Source of the DNA: the human T2T-CHM13v2.0 reference genome, Homo sapiens
Assembly: GCF_009914755.1 (NCBI RefSeq)
Contig: NC_060930.1
Length of the DNA stretch: 64,000 nt
Direction: 5' to 3' (one strand)
In this document: in pieces, positions 14,687 through 29,217 of the stretch
Numbering within the stretch: position 1 is the stretch's first letter
Layout: each line of letters begins with the position of its first letter
Notes under the pieces: model-generated
Told to the model about the DNA's origin: nothing
What the model saw: the letters and a program-made list of their open reading frames with translations, nothing else
Database searches by the model: none
Made by a program: the position numbers and the translations under genes

Positions 14687-15792
14687 AAGGAGTTATTAGA
14701 ATCAGTCAAAGAGTTTAAAATCTCTGGATTCAAAAACTGCTGCAATATTGGAAAGCAAATATTCACAGGCTTAGAAATATTGCTTAAATTTAAAGATTGT
14801 TGCATTCAATGGAAAAGAACACTTTTCGTATGAAGATTCAGATGGACCGATTATTAATGAAGACAATTGTAAATTTAATTTTAGAAATTAAATTTCTTAG
14901 AAATATTGCTTAAATTTAAAGATTGTTGCATTCAATGGAAAAGAACACTTTTCGTATGAAGATTCAGATGGACCGATTATTAATGAAGACAATTGTAAAT
15001 TTAATTTTTCTTCATGATTGAAGATACAGCAATTGAATGCATAAAACCATTTTGAATTATGTGCAACTCATGGAGTCACAAGTTACAGTGACATGGAGTC
15101 ACAAGTTACAGGGCAAGTTACAGAAAATGTCTGACAAAATGCTAAAATGCTGTTGCATACATTTACATTTAAAATTAAGCTCAGACTTACATGAAACTGA
15201 TATGCATGAAAAATTAACGTTTTAGAAAAGTTGTTCTATGAGAATCTTCATTTCTAGATGTACTAAAATTTATATTTTAAAATAATTTATCAGAACTTTC
15301 TCCCAGTGTTGTCAGTCTATAAAATACTCTTAACAGCTCTAGTAACAGCTATATCAACATACTGATCCTTCTCAAAATATAAAATTTTCAGTGAGTATTT
15401 GTAATTTTGCATTTGCCAAAAGCTTCTAGTGTTGCTTTCGATTAAATGATAGAATTTCTCATACATATTTTCAGTAAGGAAGCTCATCTGCTCATACTAG
15501 ACTCATCTGTGTAGTATTTGGAAGGTGGTGCTCAAATTTCTACTTGGGTAACATAGTTAAATAATGGAATTTTAATAAAATGAGAGCCAGGGACCTCTAT
15601 GAAAATCAGTTCTATCTTGCATACGTTGTATTTCATCAATACCAACTATGCGTCAGACATCCAATTTCTTTAAAGGCTTTGTAAAATGAGAGTAATAAAA
15701 GTGGCAATTGGCTGGCATTTTCATGATGTTGCCAAAAGTATAAATCTTGATGACCTAATAAATGCATTTGCAGAAAAGCAAGCCAGAAAAAA
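14687..15792 (+). pseudogene. hAT transposase C-terminal remnant within the MER45R-like element
   Basis: Decayed translations KELLESVKEFKISGFKNCCNIGKQIFTGLEI, KILLTALVT..SFSK (~15320-15375) and VAKSINLDDLINAFAEKQARK (~15728-15790) resemble the hAT dimerisation domain. Confidence 0.65.
14770..15008. repeat. Perfect 113-bp tandem duplication (period 126)
   Basis: 14770-14882 identical to 14896-15008, 13-bp spacer. Confidence 0.95.
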
Positions 15793-16273
15793 CTTATTAT
15801 CTATTAAGGTATTGCATTAGTAAAACATTTTTGTATTATATAAAACTATGACAACCCACATTTTTTTTTTGCAACTTGCATTCATGTCTCACTATTATTC
15901 TCTTTTAAAAGTAATACAACATTTTGAAAAAAATCTTTACATTTTAGCACATTTAATTGCATTTTCTTCTTGGGTTTTTTGAACAAGAGGCTTCTTATTT
16001 TCAGTTTACACTGGGCCCTGCACATTATACAACTGGCCCTGGATGTGAAGTATATTACTTAGAACCTGACCTTAAAATGTTAGGGCACCCCTTTTAGTGT
16101 AAAAAAAAAGCATACTTTTAAAGAAATGAAAGTGCCAAAAATGTCTAGATGAAATTGATCCTTATAGACTTGATCTTATCTGGTTTGGTCATCTTCTTCC
16201 TTGTGCTCTAGGGCATAGCTGCAAATGCTTTAAGGAATGTGTGTTGGTGCTGGGAGGTGAGATCAGCCTAGAC

Positions 16274-16480
16274 CCAGTGGTTCTCATTCAGGTACAATAC
16301 CACCACCTCGCACAAGGGAAAGGCTTGTAAATATGTGAGTGCATGTTCTGGCTGTCGCTGCTGGCATGTAGTGATGAAGGTCAGAAATGCTGCCACTCCT
16401 GGAGTGTGCAGGGCAGTTCTTTACAATGGAAATTTATCTTGCCCCAAATGCCAGTGATGTTCCAGCTGAAGAAAGCTATT
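16274..16480. mobile_element. hAT-Charlie MITE (MER20-like)
   Basis: CAGTGGTTCTCA start, ...TATCTTGCCCCAAATGCCAGTG...GAAAGCT end. Confidence 0.55.
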
Positions 16481-16496
16481 TTATTTTCCTGCCCAG

Positions 16497-16943
16497 TGTG
16501 AAGCAGATTCACTGTGCACTGATTATCTGCTTGTTTGAGTCTGGTAAGGCTGAGCGCCCTCACATACATGTCATATGAACAGCACTTACAGATAGGCAGC
16601 AAGGGACAGCAGAAGCATTGCATTCATGGTGAGCTGGTCTTCCAAGTCCCAGGAAAGCTGCCCAGGAAGGACAGAATCTCTGCACATGCCCCACTTGCAC
16701 CATAGCTGAGGGACCCCCAGAAAGCAGCCCACCATAGATTTTATATACCAGGAACAACGTGACATGCTAGGCTGAAGCACAGAAGGATATTTTGTTTCTA
16801 GGGGTGACTGGAACAGAGCCCTGGCTGTTCTGGTCAGTTCTTCCTTGTCTCAGGATGTTGCATTCTCAGCACATTCTACATTATTCTCGAGAATAAATGG
16901 GGAAGACTAGTTGGTCCAAGGCTACCCAGAGAACTGTCCTGCA
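16497..16943 (-). mobile_element. ERVL-type solo LTR (LTR47-like)
   Basis: Minus strand TGCAGGACAGTTCTC...GAATCTGCTTCACA; perfect 5-bp TSD CCCAG. Confidence 0.75.
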
Positions 16944-18679
16944 CCCAGCACTATCTCTACTCCCTCTGCCAGTCAGTAGCCCCACATAGGGTGAATCACT
17001 TCCAGAATACCCAGTATGTAGACTTGTCTCACTTACTAAAGTACAAGACATGTACTGAGCCAACTTTGCTGGACAAATCATAGCACTTGGGAATTTCAGG
17101 GTGAATTAGCTAAAAAAATCAAGCTTTCCTCCTAGCCAAAAGGGTCTACTCCTTTCCTCCTAGCCAAAAGGGTCTGAAGCTTGCATAAGGTGAAAGAGCA
17201 CAGTGGATGGAGTCTTTTGACGTCATTCCATGCAATTTACTATGTGTACGGAACACAGCAATACCTTCCATTAAACTACGGGCTAAGGCAGCAATGCTAC
17301 ACTGGGAGCATCCGCATTATAAATGTCAGTGCTGCCTGGCACACTTTTATGTAGTTGGCAGTCTCACCTCTCTTATGAACATAGTTATTTGTTATTCTAC
17401 CATTGCCATTCCAATGGATAAAGCTGGAACACATATACACCATTAGCTACAGAGCTGAGATTAATCAAATAAGACAGCAGGGTCTTACAAAACTATCTGA
17501 TTCTACCAGGGCAGTATAGGTTTCATGATTACAGTATATCCTACTTGTAAACTTTTTTTTTTTTTTTGTAGAATTATACAGATTGTTCCAATCTTCAAAC
17601 AGAGGAGCGGAGAAAACAAATTGGAAAGGCAAATATGAAAAAGTTCTTTACACCCATTATAGAAAATTAGATTGTTAAAATTGCCATCAATTTTAAATGT
17701 GTTATAAAAGCATCTTCCTTTACTCTTCTATGCATCTTATATATATATATTTTTTTTTTACAATAAATTCAATGCACTTGGAAAAATACCCAGATGGTTT
17801 AATTTCTTTAGGGAAGGATAACATTCACAGCTGCCAGAAAATGTATTTCTTCGTTGTGGCTACCACCTGATGTTCATAACATAAAACTGGAACAAAAAAT
17901 AGAAATGCAAATAACAAATGAAGTGGATTACAGAAAAACTAAGATTATCACTATGTTCTCTCAGAGAAAAGTAGAAGACTCCAGCTCTTAGTTTGAAGCA
18001 CATCATTAGTGCCAAATCAATGCAACAGAGAAAATGCCCAATAAACCACTGAATCCAATGGACTGAAGAGAGAGAATAATTACACATTTGCATTTAAAGA
18101 AGTACTGTTTGAAGCTCTGCTGTTTGGCCTTAAATAGCAGTGGAGTGCTGCCTCATCAGCCATTGGAGTTGGAAGATCTTACAAAAATCAATGCACAAAG
18201 AAATCATTCATATTAAATTCTAACTTAAAAAGAGTTACCAGGAATGATAATTATTTAAAGACCTTAATTTTCTGGGTAGCCAATAACATTAATGAACACC
18301 TACTGTGTGCTTTACATTGAACTTAAAATGAAAGGAAGGCAAAAAACGCACAGTAGATGCAACTTGCTATTGCCCCTACTTGTTCAAAATGTTCTTTCTG
18401 TGCTAGAGTATTTTTTGGACTGCACAGGCATCCTCTTCTCTACATACGTATAAGTTATATCTATCATTCATTAGGTAATTCAAACATCAAATTTTCTACA
18501 TAAATATCTATGGCCAGAAGTAATCTACTTTGTAAACCAACATTGTCTATGTATTTATGTATGCATGTGTGTATCTATCTATTTACCTACTAAAGTCTGT
18601 CATTTACTGTACACCAGCTAGTACAAACGTCTTTGCTCAATGCAGTATAGCAAACATCAACACAATGCATATTACATGC

Positions 18680-18870
18680 CAGCCAACAGAATATTTTATA
18701 CTCAGAACACTGTAAAGTTGGTAGTATTATTACCAAACTACATTTAACATTTTATGAGTAACTTAAGGCACAGAGATAAAAAGTGACTTGCCCAGAGATG
18801 TTTACCTGGTAAATGGCAGAGTAGGAATTTAAACTCAGGACATTAGGCTGTGGAATCTGTGCTCTTCGCC
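18680..18870 (-). mobile_element. MIR
   Basis: AAGGCACAGAGA..AAGTGACTTGCCCA..GTAAATGGCAGAG..GGAATTTAAACTCAGG core. Confidence 0.75.
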
Positions 18871-19261
18871 ATTTTTCTGTTTTTATGTTATCTTCTTTCA
18901 TCTCCACAACAACTGTATAAAGAAAGAAACACAATCTCTTATTTCTCAGGTGAAAGAAAAAGCAGCCTCAGGGTAATGTATGCTAACAAATTATCCTTCC
19001 CCGGTTTCACAGATGCTGATAGAAGACATGAGATTTCTAGTCCAGAGACAAAGGACTTTATTATTCATAGCAATAGCAATAGCATTTTTTGTACCAGTTT
19101 CCCAAGCTGCAGTTTTAATAGGGTGAAGTGAAGAGACAGGTGACATTGCACAAGCCAGAGACTGCATTAGAGGAGGGGAGACCTGGAATCTTAAATCTTT
19201 CGTGGGAGGTAAGCATGCCTGCACTTTGCTCTGGAGGAAGACAATATTTCTACCTATCTTT

Positions 19262-19950
19262 CTTTTTTAAATTAGTGTATAAATTGGCAAGTAAAAACTC
19301 TATGTATTTATGATGTACAGCATAATGCGTCCATATATGTACACATTGTGGACTGGCGATCACTTCGCATACTTATCATTTTTTGTGTGTTAGAACACAA
19401 AATCTACTCTCTCCACCGTTTTCAGATACACAATACATTGTTATTAACTGTAGTCACCATGATGTACAAGGGATCTCTTGAACTTACTCCTCCTGTCTTA
19501 CTGAAATTTTGTGTCCTTTGACCAACATCTTCCTAATCTTCCCACCCCTAGCCTCTGTAACCACCATTTTACTCTCTGTTTTTATGAGTTCAATGTTTTT
19601 TGATTCTACATATATGTGAGATTATGTGTTATTTGTCTTCATGTGGCTGGCTTTTTCACTTAATATAATGTACCCACTTCCATCCTTGTTGTCACAAATG
19701 ACAGTACTCCACTGTGTATACGTACCACATTTTCTGGTTAGCCCTTGATGGTCACCTAGGTTAATTCGGTATCTTAAGTATTGTGAATAATTTTGTAACA
19801 AACATGGGAGTACAGATATCTCTTCTACAGACTGATTTCATATTCTTTGGCAATAAACCCACTACTGAGATTACTGGATGATATGTTGGTTGTAGTTTTA
19901 ATTTTTTGAGGAGATTTCATGGTGTTTTCCATAATGACTGTACTAATTTA
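19262..19950 (-). mobile_element. L1MA-type 3' fragment
   Basis: Antisense L1 3' UTR (TTGTTATTAACTGTAGTCACCATG...TACCACATTTTC). Confidence 0.75.
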
Positions 19951-20431
19951 ACCTAAATTTATATTAGCATATTTATAATGCTCTTCCCCCAACTCTACTT
20001 TGGAGTTAGGGCCTAGGAATGTGAAGAACTGGAAACCAGACTGTGATCAGCCTTAGACACACCCCCTCCTATCTTGTTCTTTCTGTTATTGAATAAAGGA
20101 AACTCTTATTACCCTTTAGGCAGAAGATGGCTGTCACATAATCACGTTTTTTTCTTACTCTATGGCTTATAATATTAACGTCCTGCGCAGTTTTGTAAGC
20201 CTTTTCTTACCAAAACTCACAACTTTTTTCATATTTCATCAAAGCTTGGCTCTTCTAAATAAAAACCTTCTTTTTAAGATTATTCTTTCATTATTCATTC
20301 ATTTATTCTTTCATTCGTGCATCTAATTGTTTGCTATAGAGTTGCCAAAACTATGTTCAGCTCTTCAATTCTTGTCTTTGGTCAACATTTTATTTGCCTT
20401 TTAATTCTGAGTAAATACAAATGGAAAATAC

Positions 20432-20640
20432 CCAATAATGCTCTGTTGTGTCTATGTACACATTTTCTTTATCCATTCATCTGTTGATGAACACTTAGGT
20501 TGCTTCCAAATCTTAGCTATGTAAACTGTGCTGCAACAAACATCAAAGTGCAGGTATCTGTTTGATTTACTGATTTTCTTTCTTTTGGGTATATACTCAG
20601 CAGTGGGATTGCTGGATTATATGGCAGTTCACTTTTTAGG
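20432..20640 (-). mobile_element. L1 fragment
   Basis: CACATTTTCTTTATCCATTCATCTGTTGATGAACACTTAGGTTGCTTCCA. Confidence 0.8.
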
Positions 20641-22906
20641 TGCTGAAAAACAGAGTAAATAGGGTAAAGGGAATGAAAAAAATTAATTATCGACCTTATG
20701 TAATATTTTAAAATAAAAGTTAAAGATAAAAGGTTAAATGTAAAATTTCTAGGAAGGCATAAAGTATTCAACATAACTAGCTATGAGCAAATAGCAACCA
20801 AATCTTCCTTAATCCAGAAAATTACTCCCTTCTTTGCCAACATAATTTGCTTTTTATTTACTCTGAATATTTACTCACCAGAGGGTTTATCCTCCTTCTA
20901 TGGCACTTAAAAGGATAAAAAACAAAATTACTTCAATGGCTTTTCAAATCTTAATTCCATGATTACCCAAAGGGAATGGTATTAATTCTTCTGAGGACTC
21001 CGGCACCAGAGCTTTCCAGTTAGCAGTGGGTTGTGCAGAAGTGTGTTGAGTAACTACAACTGGGCTCCACATATCGATCACCTCAGCTTTGGGTGACCAG
21101 AAGCAGGGTGATTTGCTGGAACTCCCAGGCTGGTCACCTCTGGTCATGTGCAGTCTCTTCCATTGACACCAATATGTAATATTAAATAGAAATGATATGA
21201 TTATTTTCTATGTGTACCATGATGTCTGAGGGTTAGGAAGGATTTCCCTGTGCCTGGTCTTCCTAGTAACACATGGTGTAGCTGGTAGTTATATTTTTTT
21301 CATAGCAACATTTATTAGCATCCAATTCTATCATATATAGTAATATTTTTGTCATTCGTATTTTTTGTGTCCCTGAAAACACAGTATCTTGTGCATGCAA
21401 ATTCCCAACAATACCTTTAATAGAAATAAATTTTATTTATGGACAAATTAGTTTCCAAAAGGAGTTAAAGTTGTTAGATGGTAGAGGGTAAGACCAACTA
21501 TTTTCCAGACCAGTATTTTTAAATTACACCCCTATTAGGAATGGGGATGGCGTAATTTAATATTGTTGTTCCATAAAGTGTCTTGGCTGAAGTACAGAGT
21601 ATCTGCTGAAAAAAAAGATGGTACCAGAATTTGAAAGTTTGTTAAAAAATAATTGATACTAGAGGGTTTAATTTATTTTCAGTAAACTTCAACTATTGAG
21701 AGTTTTTCTTTCTCATATTCATAGAGCTTTCATAGCAGATGACTGTGAAGTGCCTCAGAAGAAGAGACGTAGCAATCTGGAGCTTTATGAAATGTATTGT
21801 TAGTATGATTAGAACTCTGTACAAGCCTATAAATGAACAAATGCTGTTAGTGGCTATAGAAATGGAAAATAAAATACATGAAAGATACAATGGAGAAATA
21901 GTTGGTAACAGTCCATGATGAAAAAATAAAACACGCAAGTCAGAGGAGTAGGTAATAGTTAATGTTTGAAAAACTGGGGAAAGGCTGATAACAACGGAAT
22001 TGGAAAGCATGTTTCTGGGATTCAGTCTGGGGAGATCGATGCCTTTAGTGGGTGAGTAGGAAGAAGCAAAGGCAGAAAAAAAGAGCGAAAGAAGCTAAGT
22101 AAACAGAGAAAACTTAAGTAACCCAGGGGGTGTGTGTTAAAGAAACTAGAGTGGAAGAAAACTACAAGAGACTTGCTGCAGACTAACAGCCTTTTAAGAG
22201 AGAGCTCCAACAAAAAAGGTAAGACTATACCATGATACTTAATCTTTACGAGTGCATTAATCATCTGACAGAGAGGGGTGAGGAAACGGAAGCATTCATT
22301 ATTTCTCTTTGGCATTTCCAGGAGATGAATGACATGAGATGGTACAGTTGAAGAAACACCAAGGCCAAGGAAAGGTTTTTCTCAAGAAATGTTACCTGGT
22401 TGGCAAAACGGCCAAAAGGAAATTGTGATCAATTGTAAAACCAGAAGAGAATGAATGAAAGAGACATCCGTGAACCTTCTGAATGGGAAGTTCATTGAAA
22501 TTAATCCATTTGAATCAGTTGGATGAATGTGGAAGATAATTAATATTAATTTCTGATTGATTCTTACTTAGTGTTTAGCTTTTATGTCTTCTAAATTCAG
22601 ATGGTGGATGAATGTAAGAACTACGTGATTTTTCATGAGTCTAAATTTTATCAAATAGTGTTAAAACACACTGATGAAATAATACACAGTAACTGACTCA
22701 TTGGCACTAAAAAAAGGAAGCAAGGTTTTAGCAATATTGTTGAAGAGGATTTTATTAAAACTATACTTTTCATATGGCTAAACTATAATGGTATTTTGCA
22801 GTAAGACAAAATAGCTACATAGGATCTTTGAGAATTATCCAGAAAAGCTAACAAATTTCCCCAAGATGAGGAAACAAAAATAAACTTGCTCAATGATTTA
22901 TATTGA

Positions 22907-23227
<321 letters not shown>

Positions 23228-24422
23228 TTATTTACAGTCTTTAAAATTCGAAGACAAGCTGGTTATAAATCTACTGTTGAATGTGGATTTTTTGGTATCT
23301 CAGGGTCAACATTCACTATGTTGCTGTTCATTCAGCTCTGTCGAAACTCAAATCATTCACAAGAAAAAAGTTATGAACAAAACACCCTTAGCTTTTTGAC
23401 ACGAGTTAAACATTCTTGTTTTGAAACTGAGTATGAGTCTAGAGGCTAAGTAGCTATCCCCAGATCATAAGGCAATAGGGACTACTTGTTCCTGAAAAGA
23501 TACAGCCTCATTTCTGCACTGTGTGTTATGCGATGACTCATTTGTTATTCCGGTTAATCATGTACAAAGCTATTCAAAAGAATTCCAGATCAACATGAAT
23601 AGTATTATAAATCCAGGCAGGAGTTCAGAGGTTTTTATAAGAGATATCTATAATTATTGCTTAGACTGCCAAAAGCACAATAAAAGAAACTACAACTCTG
23701 AATAGCAGGCATAAAATTCATATTAGCCTTATGGAATACACACAGATTACATTCTAACATTCAATTAATTCAAGGTTAAGGCTACATCCACATTTGAAGA
23801 GCTAGCAAAGTGAGGATCTCCATTATTTTGTAAGTCATTGAGCAATATATTGGACTGTTGGCTGCTATATTTAGTATAATATGATATAGCCTTTGAATGG
23901 TTATTAAAAGTATGATTTTTGTAAAGCTTTTATTTTTTAGAATATAAATGTTAAGTATAAAAATTCAATCATCTCAGCATGTGTAAAGAAAGTTAAAAAA
24001 AAAGCTTGAAATTCCACCACCAGAAATAACCACTGTCAATTCGTCTGCATCAGCATTTCACTGACTGCATACTATTCCATTTTATATCTGTGCTGTGTTT
24101 CACATAAACCAATTTCACATTGATGAAATATGGTTTGCTGTACATTTTTCACAATTATGAAAACAATCATGGATATCTTTCTGTCTACAATGATTTCCAT
24201 TTGTGATCTTTTTTTCCACAAGATGCCCCAGAAATGTGATTGCTGAACATTTTATATCTTAATACATTTTTTCAAATTTTCTCATCAGAAAGTTTATATC
24301 AATTTGCACTCCTTCACTATAAGATAAACGTACCCATTATTAATACTTGGCAACTCCAGTCTGTCAAATTTTTAATCTTTTCAAGACACTAGAGAAAAAT
24401 ATGTTATATTATTACTTTTAAT

Positions 24423-24720
24423 TCTTTTTAGATTTTAGAGATAGGGTCTTGCTTTGCCATCCAGGCTGGAGTCCAGTGGCACAATCCCAGCTTGGTGCAA
24501 CCTTGATCTCTCAGGCTCAAGCAAGCCTCTTGTCCCAGCCTCCCATGTAGCTGGGACTACAGGTGTGTGCCACCACACCTGGCTAATTTTCTCAATTTTT
24601 TGAAGAGACAGGGTCTTGTAATGTTGTCCAGACTAGTCTCGAATTCCTTGTCTCAAGCAATCTTCCTGCTTTGGCCTCCCAAAATGCTGGGATTATAGGT
24701 GTGAGCCACTGTACCTGGCT
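24423..24720 (-). mobile_element. AluJ
   Basis: Diverged dimer with GGGTCTTGC and GGCTCAAGCAA J-type features. Confidence 0.85.
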
Positions 24721-24819
24721 AAATATTTCACATTTTATTTTAAAATTTGGTCGTATTTTCAAATATTTGCTGTGAGTTGTGGGGTTTTTTATTGAGGATA
24801 TTTTTCCAGTGTCTTCTTT

Positions 24820-25890
<1,071 letters not shown>

Positions 25891-26179
25891 TATACAAATG
25901 TTCAGTGTACAATACAATATCTAACTCTACATTTCATTGTACTCTAATATTTCATTGTACTCTAATATTTCATTGTATATACATATACAATACAATGAAA
26001 TATTGTGGTGTATATATATGTGCATACATACATTTACAATTTTGGCATATATATATTTGGTGCGTGTATATGTATTTCTATACTATATATTATATATAAT
26101 GTTTGTATATATTGTTGTGTATATATTACAGTTATTACTACAGTCAGCATATTTATCTGTATCAGGGTATCTATAGCAT

Positions 26180-26600
26180 TGATTCACTCATTTGACAAAA
26201 ACTTATTAGGCAACTACTATGTGCCAAACACTGTATAAGAAATTTATCACAGGGCAGGAGAGAGCCCATGTCCTGTCCTCAGAGAGCAGGAAAGAGCAGA
26301 AACACTACCAAAGTAGTAACAAACAAATGCATACAAAATAAATTATTGATGATACAGTTTTAGGTCCTGATGAAATATGCAGAAAATAGAAAACTGGGGA
26401 TAGAGAGGGAATGGAGGATGGATTGTCGTAACTTTATCCTTAAGGATATGACTTTTGAGCTGAGACATGAATAACGAGAAGGATTCAGCCACCGAAGTTC
26501 TGAGAGATCATACTGGGTAGAGGGAAGACAGAGCTTTGTAGGTCATGGTAAAAATTATGGATTTTATCGTTGCTGTAATGGGAAGACATTGTAGGCTTGG
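26180..26600 (-). mobile_element. L2 3' fragment
   Basis: TTCACTCATTTGACAAAAACTTATT..CTACTATGTGCCA antisense L2 end. Confidence 0.65.
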
Positions 26601-26978
26601 TACTTTCTGTGTGTGGAGGGTACTTGTCGGTTTTATGCTGTCAGTTGACACTGCTGTCACTGCACACTGTAATAACTGGATGACTACATTTTCTGGCTTT
26701 GCCTAAGTGATGGTGCTTTGACAATGGGTAAGATAGATCAGAGACCATAGCTCTCTGGACTTGTCTATTTGTTACAAAAGAGGGCTTCGAGTGGTCCACA
26801 CCTAAAGCACCAGCTATGTTTGTTGGCAACTGAATGAATGATTTCAGTAATAAGATGCCAAAATGGAATTACATCATCTGACTTAGTTTGGCAAAAAAAA
26901 AAAAAGAAGAAAGAAATAGTGCTGAATATAACTCCATTCTAATATGAAGTACTAGGTACTTATGGAAGCCCTGAAAAA

Positions 26979-27261
26979 AGACAGGGTCTCTCTCTGTTGC
27001 CCTGGCTGGAGTGCAGTGGTGTGATCATGGCTTACTGCAGCCTCAACCTCCTGGGCTCAAGAGAGCCTCCTGCCTTACCCTCCTGAATAGCTGAGATTAC
27101 AGATGCACACCACCACGCCCAGCTAATTTTAAAAATATTTTGTAGAGATGGGGTCTCTCTATGTTGCCGAGGCTGGTCTCCAGTTCCTGGCCTCAAGTGA
27201 TCCTCCCACCTTAGCCTCCTAAAATGTTGAGATTACAGGCATGAGTCACTGTGCCTGGCCC
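26979..27261 (-). mobile_element. AluJ (tail-less)
   Basis: GACAGGGTCTC...CTGCAGCCTCAACCTCCTGGGCTCAAG. Confidence 0.85.
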
Positions 27262-29181
27262 ATACTCTTTCTGTTTTAAGTTTTAACTCCAACGTACCAT
27301 AAATGGAAAAAATCGTGAAAGAAGTTTTTTTTTGCAAGAAAGGATTTCTTTCCTTACTTCATATTTTTTGCTATTACAGAAGCTATTCATATGCATTGTT
27401 GAAAATTTAAAAATAAAAACAAGCAAAAATGGCAAAATAAACTGTATTTCGACTACAGAGATTACCATTGTGAATACTTTCATGTATATTATAAACATAC
27501 ATTTACCTATTCTGTCTCCTATGCATGCATTTTTAATTCATATGAGATGATACTGCTTAATTTTATTTTGTACATCTTTCAGTCGCTTTTCAAATTCTCA
27601 TTTCAATACATTTTTATCTCATTTAAGGGTCACATCATTTTCAAATGTCTTCAATTATCTATAAAATGTCCTTTATATCTGGTATGTCCAAACATTGTCA
27701 AAGTGGAGTTTGTACTTCATCTAGGTATTTTGTGTCCGTTGCTCCACTCTTTTTCATGATAACAAAGAAACTAGGCCCTTTGTACAACCTGATAAAAGAG
27801 TGTCTATTGATAGACACGCTTGAGTCTGTGGCATGATTTCTCTTCATCCTGTGATGGAGGGGAAGGCAGTGGCTCTCCCTTTCCTCCCTCACCTAACTCT
27901 TGTGAGGGAAACTTGGAGAGATACAGTAACGGGCTTGATACGAATTTTGCAGAGTTTTTAGACACAATGAATTGGTATCTAAATTATGCTTGGAAAATTC
28001 CAAAGCAAGAGACAGTAATCTGCTAGCTGCCTTGTGAGCAGAGTCACGATGGCAGACATGAGACCTGCATTTCTACCCATGATACCCATGGTGGGTCCCA
28101 GGAGCAAACTTTCTCCACAACAACTGTAGACTCTACAAAGAGAACAACAGATGTCAAGAAACTAAGGAAGTTTCCGCTAGAGGAGATGGAACATTCACAC
28201 CACAGGAAGTACAACTGCTGTTTCCAGCAAGGACATTTCTAATGAGTCAATTTCAAATATCTACGTACTACATCAAAACATTATAGTCAGATAATATTTT
28301 TTCTGTACCCTACCTCTCCTTTCCACCCCAACCCTGGAAGAACAAATGGCTGCCCAGTGGACAGAGATGCAAGCAGCCAAGGTATGAAAGAGAGAGGAAG
28401 ATGGCAGCCCCATTCCTGTCCCGGGAGGACCCCACCCTGGATCCAGCCTGCAAGAAAGAAGCTTTGACGAATAAGGAAATTTGGAGTTTTCATTATTACA
28501 GTTTAATTAGAGGAATGGATGCAGCTGCTGTGACTTCAATTTGGAGACTTATTTGTTATCCAGAGGTGACCAGAAATACAAGTGACCTACCTGAGATTTT
28601 TCCATCAAGGCTGGTGGGAGGTATTATACAAACTGCTTTGTGATTTTACCCTATTATGTTCCACTTGTTCAAGGCACTAATTATGGGCAAATAGTTGCTC
28701 TCTTCTCATGGAAAATAAGAAGAAAATAGCAAGTGTTCCTTTAAAATTCTTTTTACTTTATATGCACATATCCCCTCATGGTAAATATCTCCTTTGAGAG
28801 TGAGCTTCTTAACTTAAACTATTAATTTTTATTGTCATCATGCAAGCAGATATTTATATTGCACCAGATAATTTATAAAGCACTTTCATATTCATTACCT
28901 TTACTGCCACATTTTTATTGACTGTATCCTCTCTATATTCCCAAGTTACATTTGCATTATAACAGAATTCTTGTTTTCAACATATCTTACTGTGTTGCCT
29001 TCCAGCTTCCAGTTCCATGAATGTTTAGGTGTTTCCAAAATTAGAACTGAATTCTTATTTTCAGGAACACAAAAAAAGCACACGGGGTGCTAGGATGTCT
29101 CGTGTGTATTTAGGAAGTAGCCTATTCCATAAGTTGGGTGCCATTTGGTCATTATCCTAAGGAGAAAGATGCCAGAATGCT

Positions 29182-29217
<36 letters not shown>

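Noticed and set aside
21700-21810. Possible + exon encoding DDCEVPQKKRRSNLELYEMYC (NLS-like)
   Set aside because: In-frame stop follows, weak donor, no recognisable homologue
27760-28720. Possible very old LTR (Gypsy/ERVL-like) remnant
   Set aside because: Could not define ends, TSD or family by eye
29189-29216. Isolated long poly-A as a possible processed-pseudogene tail
   Set aside because: No upstream polyadenylation signal, TSD or ORF found
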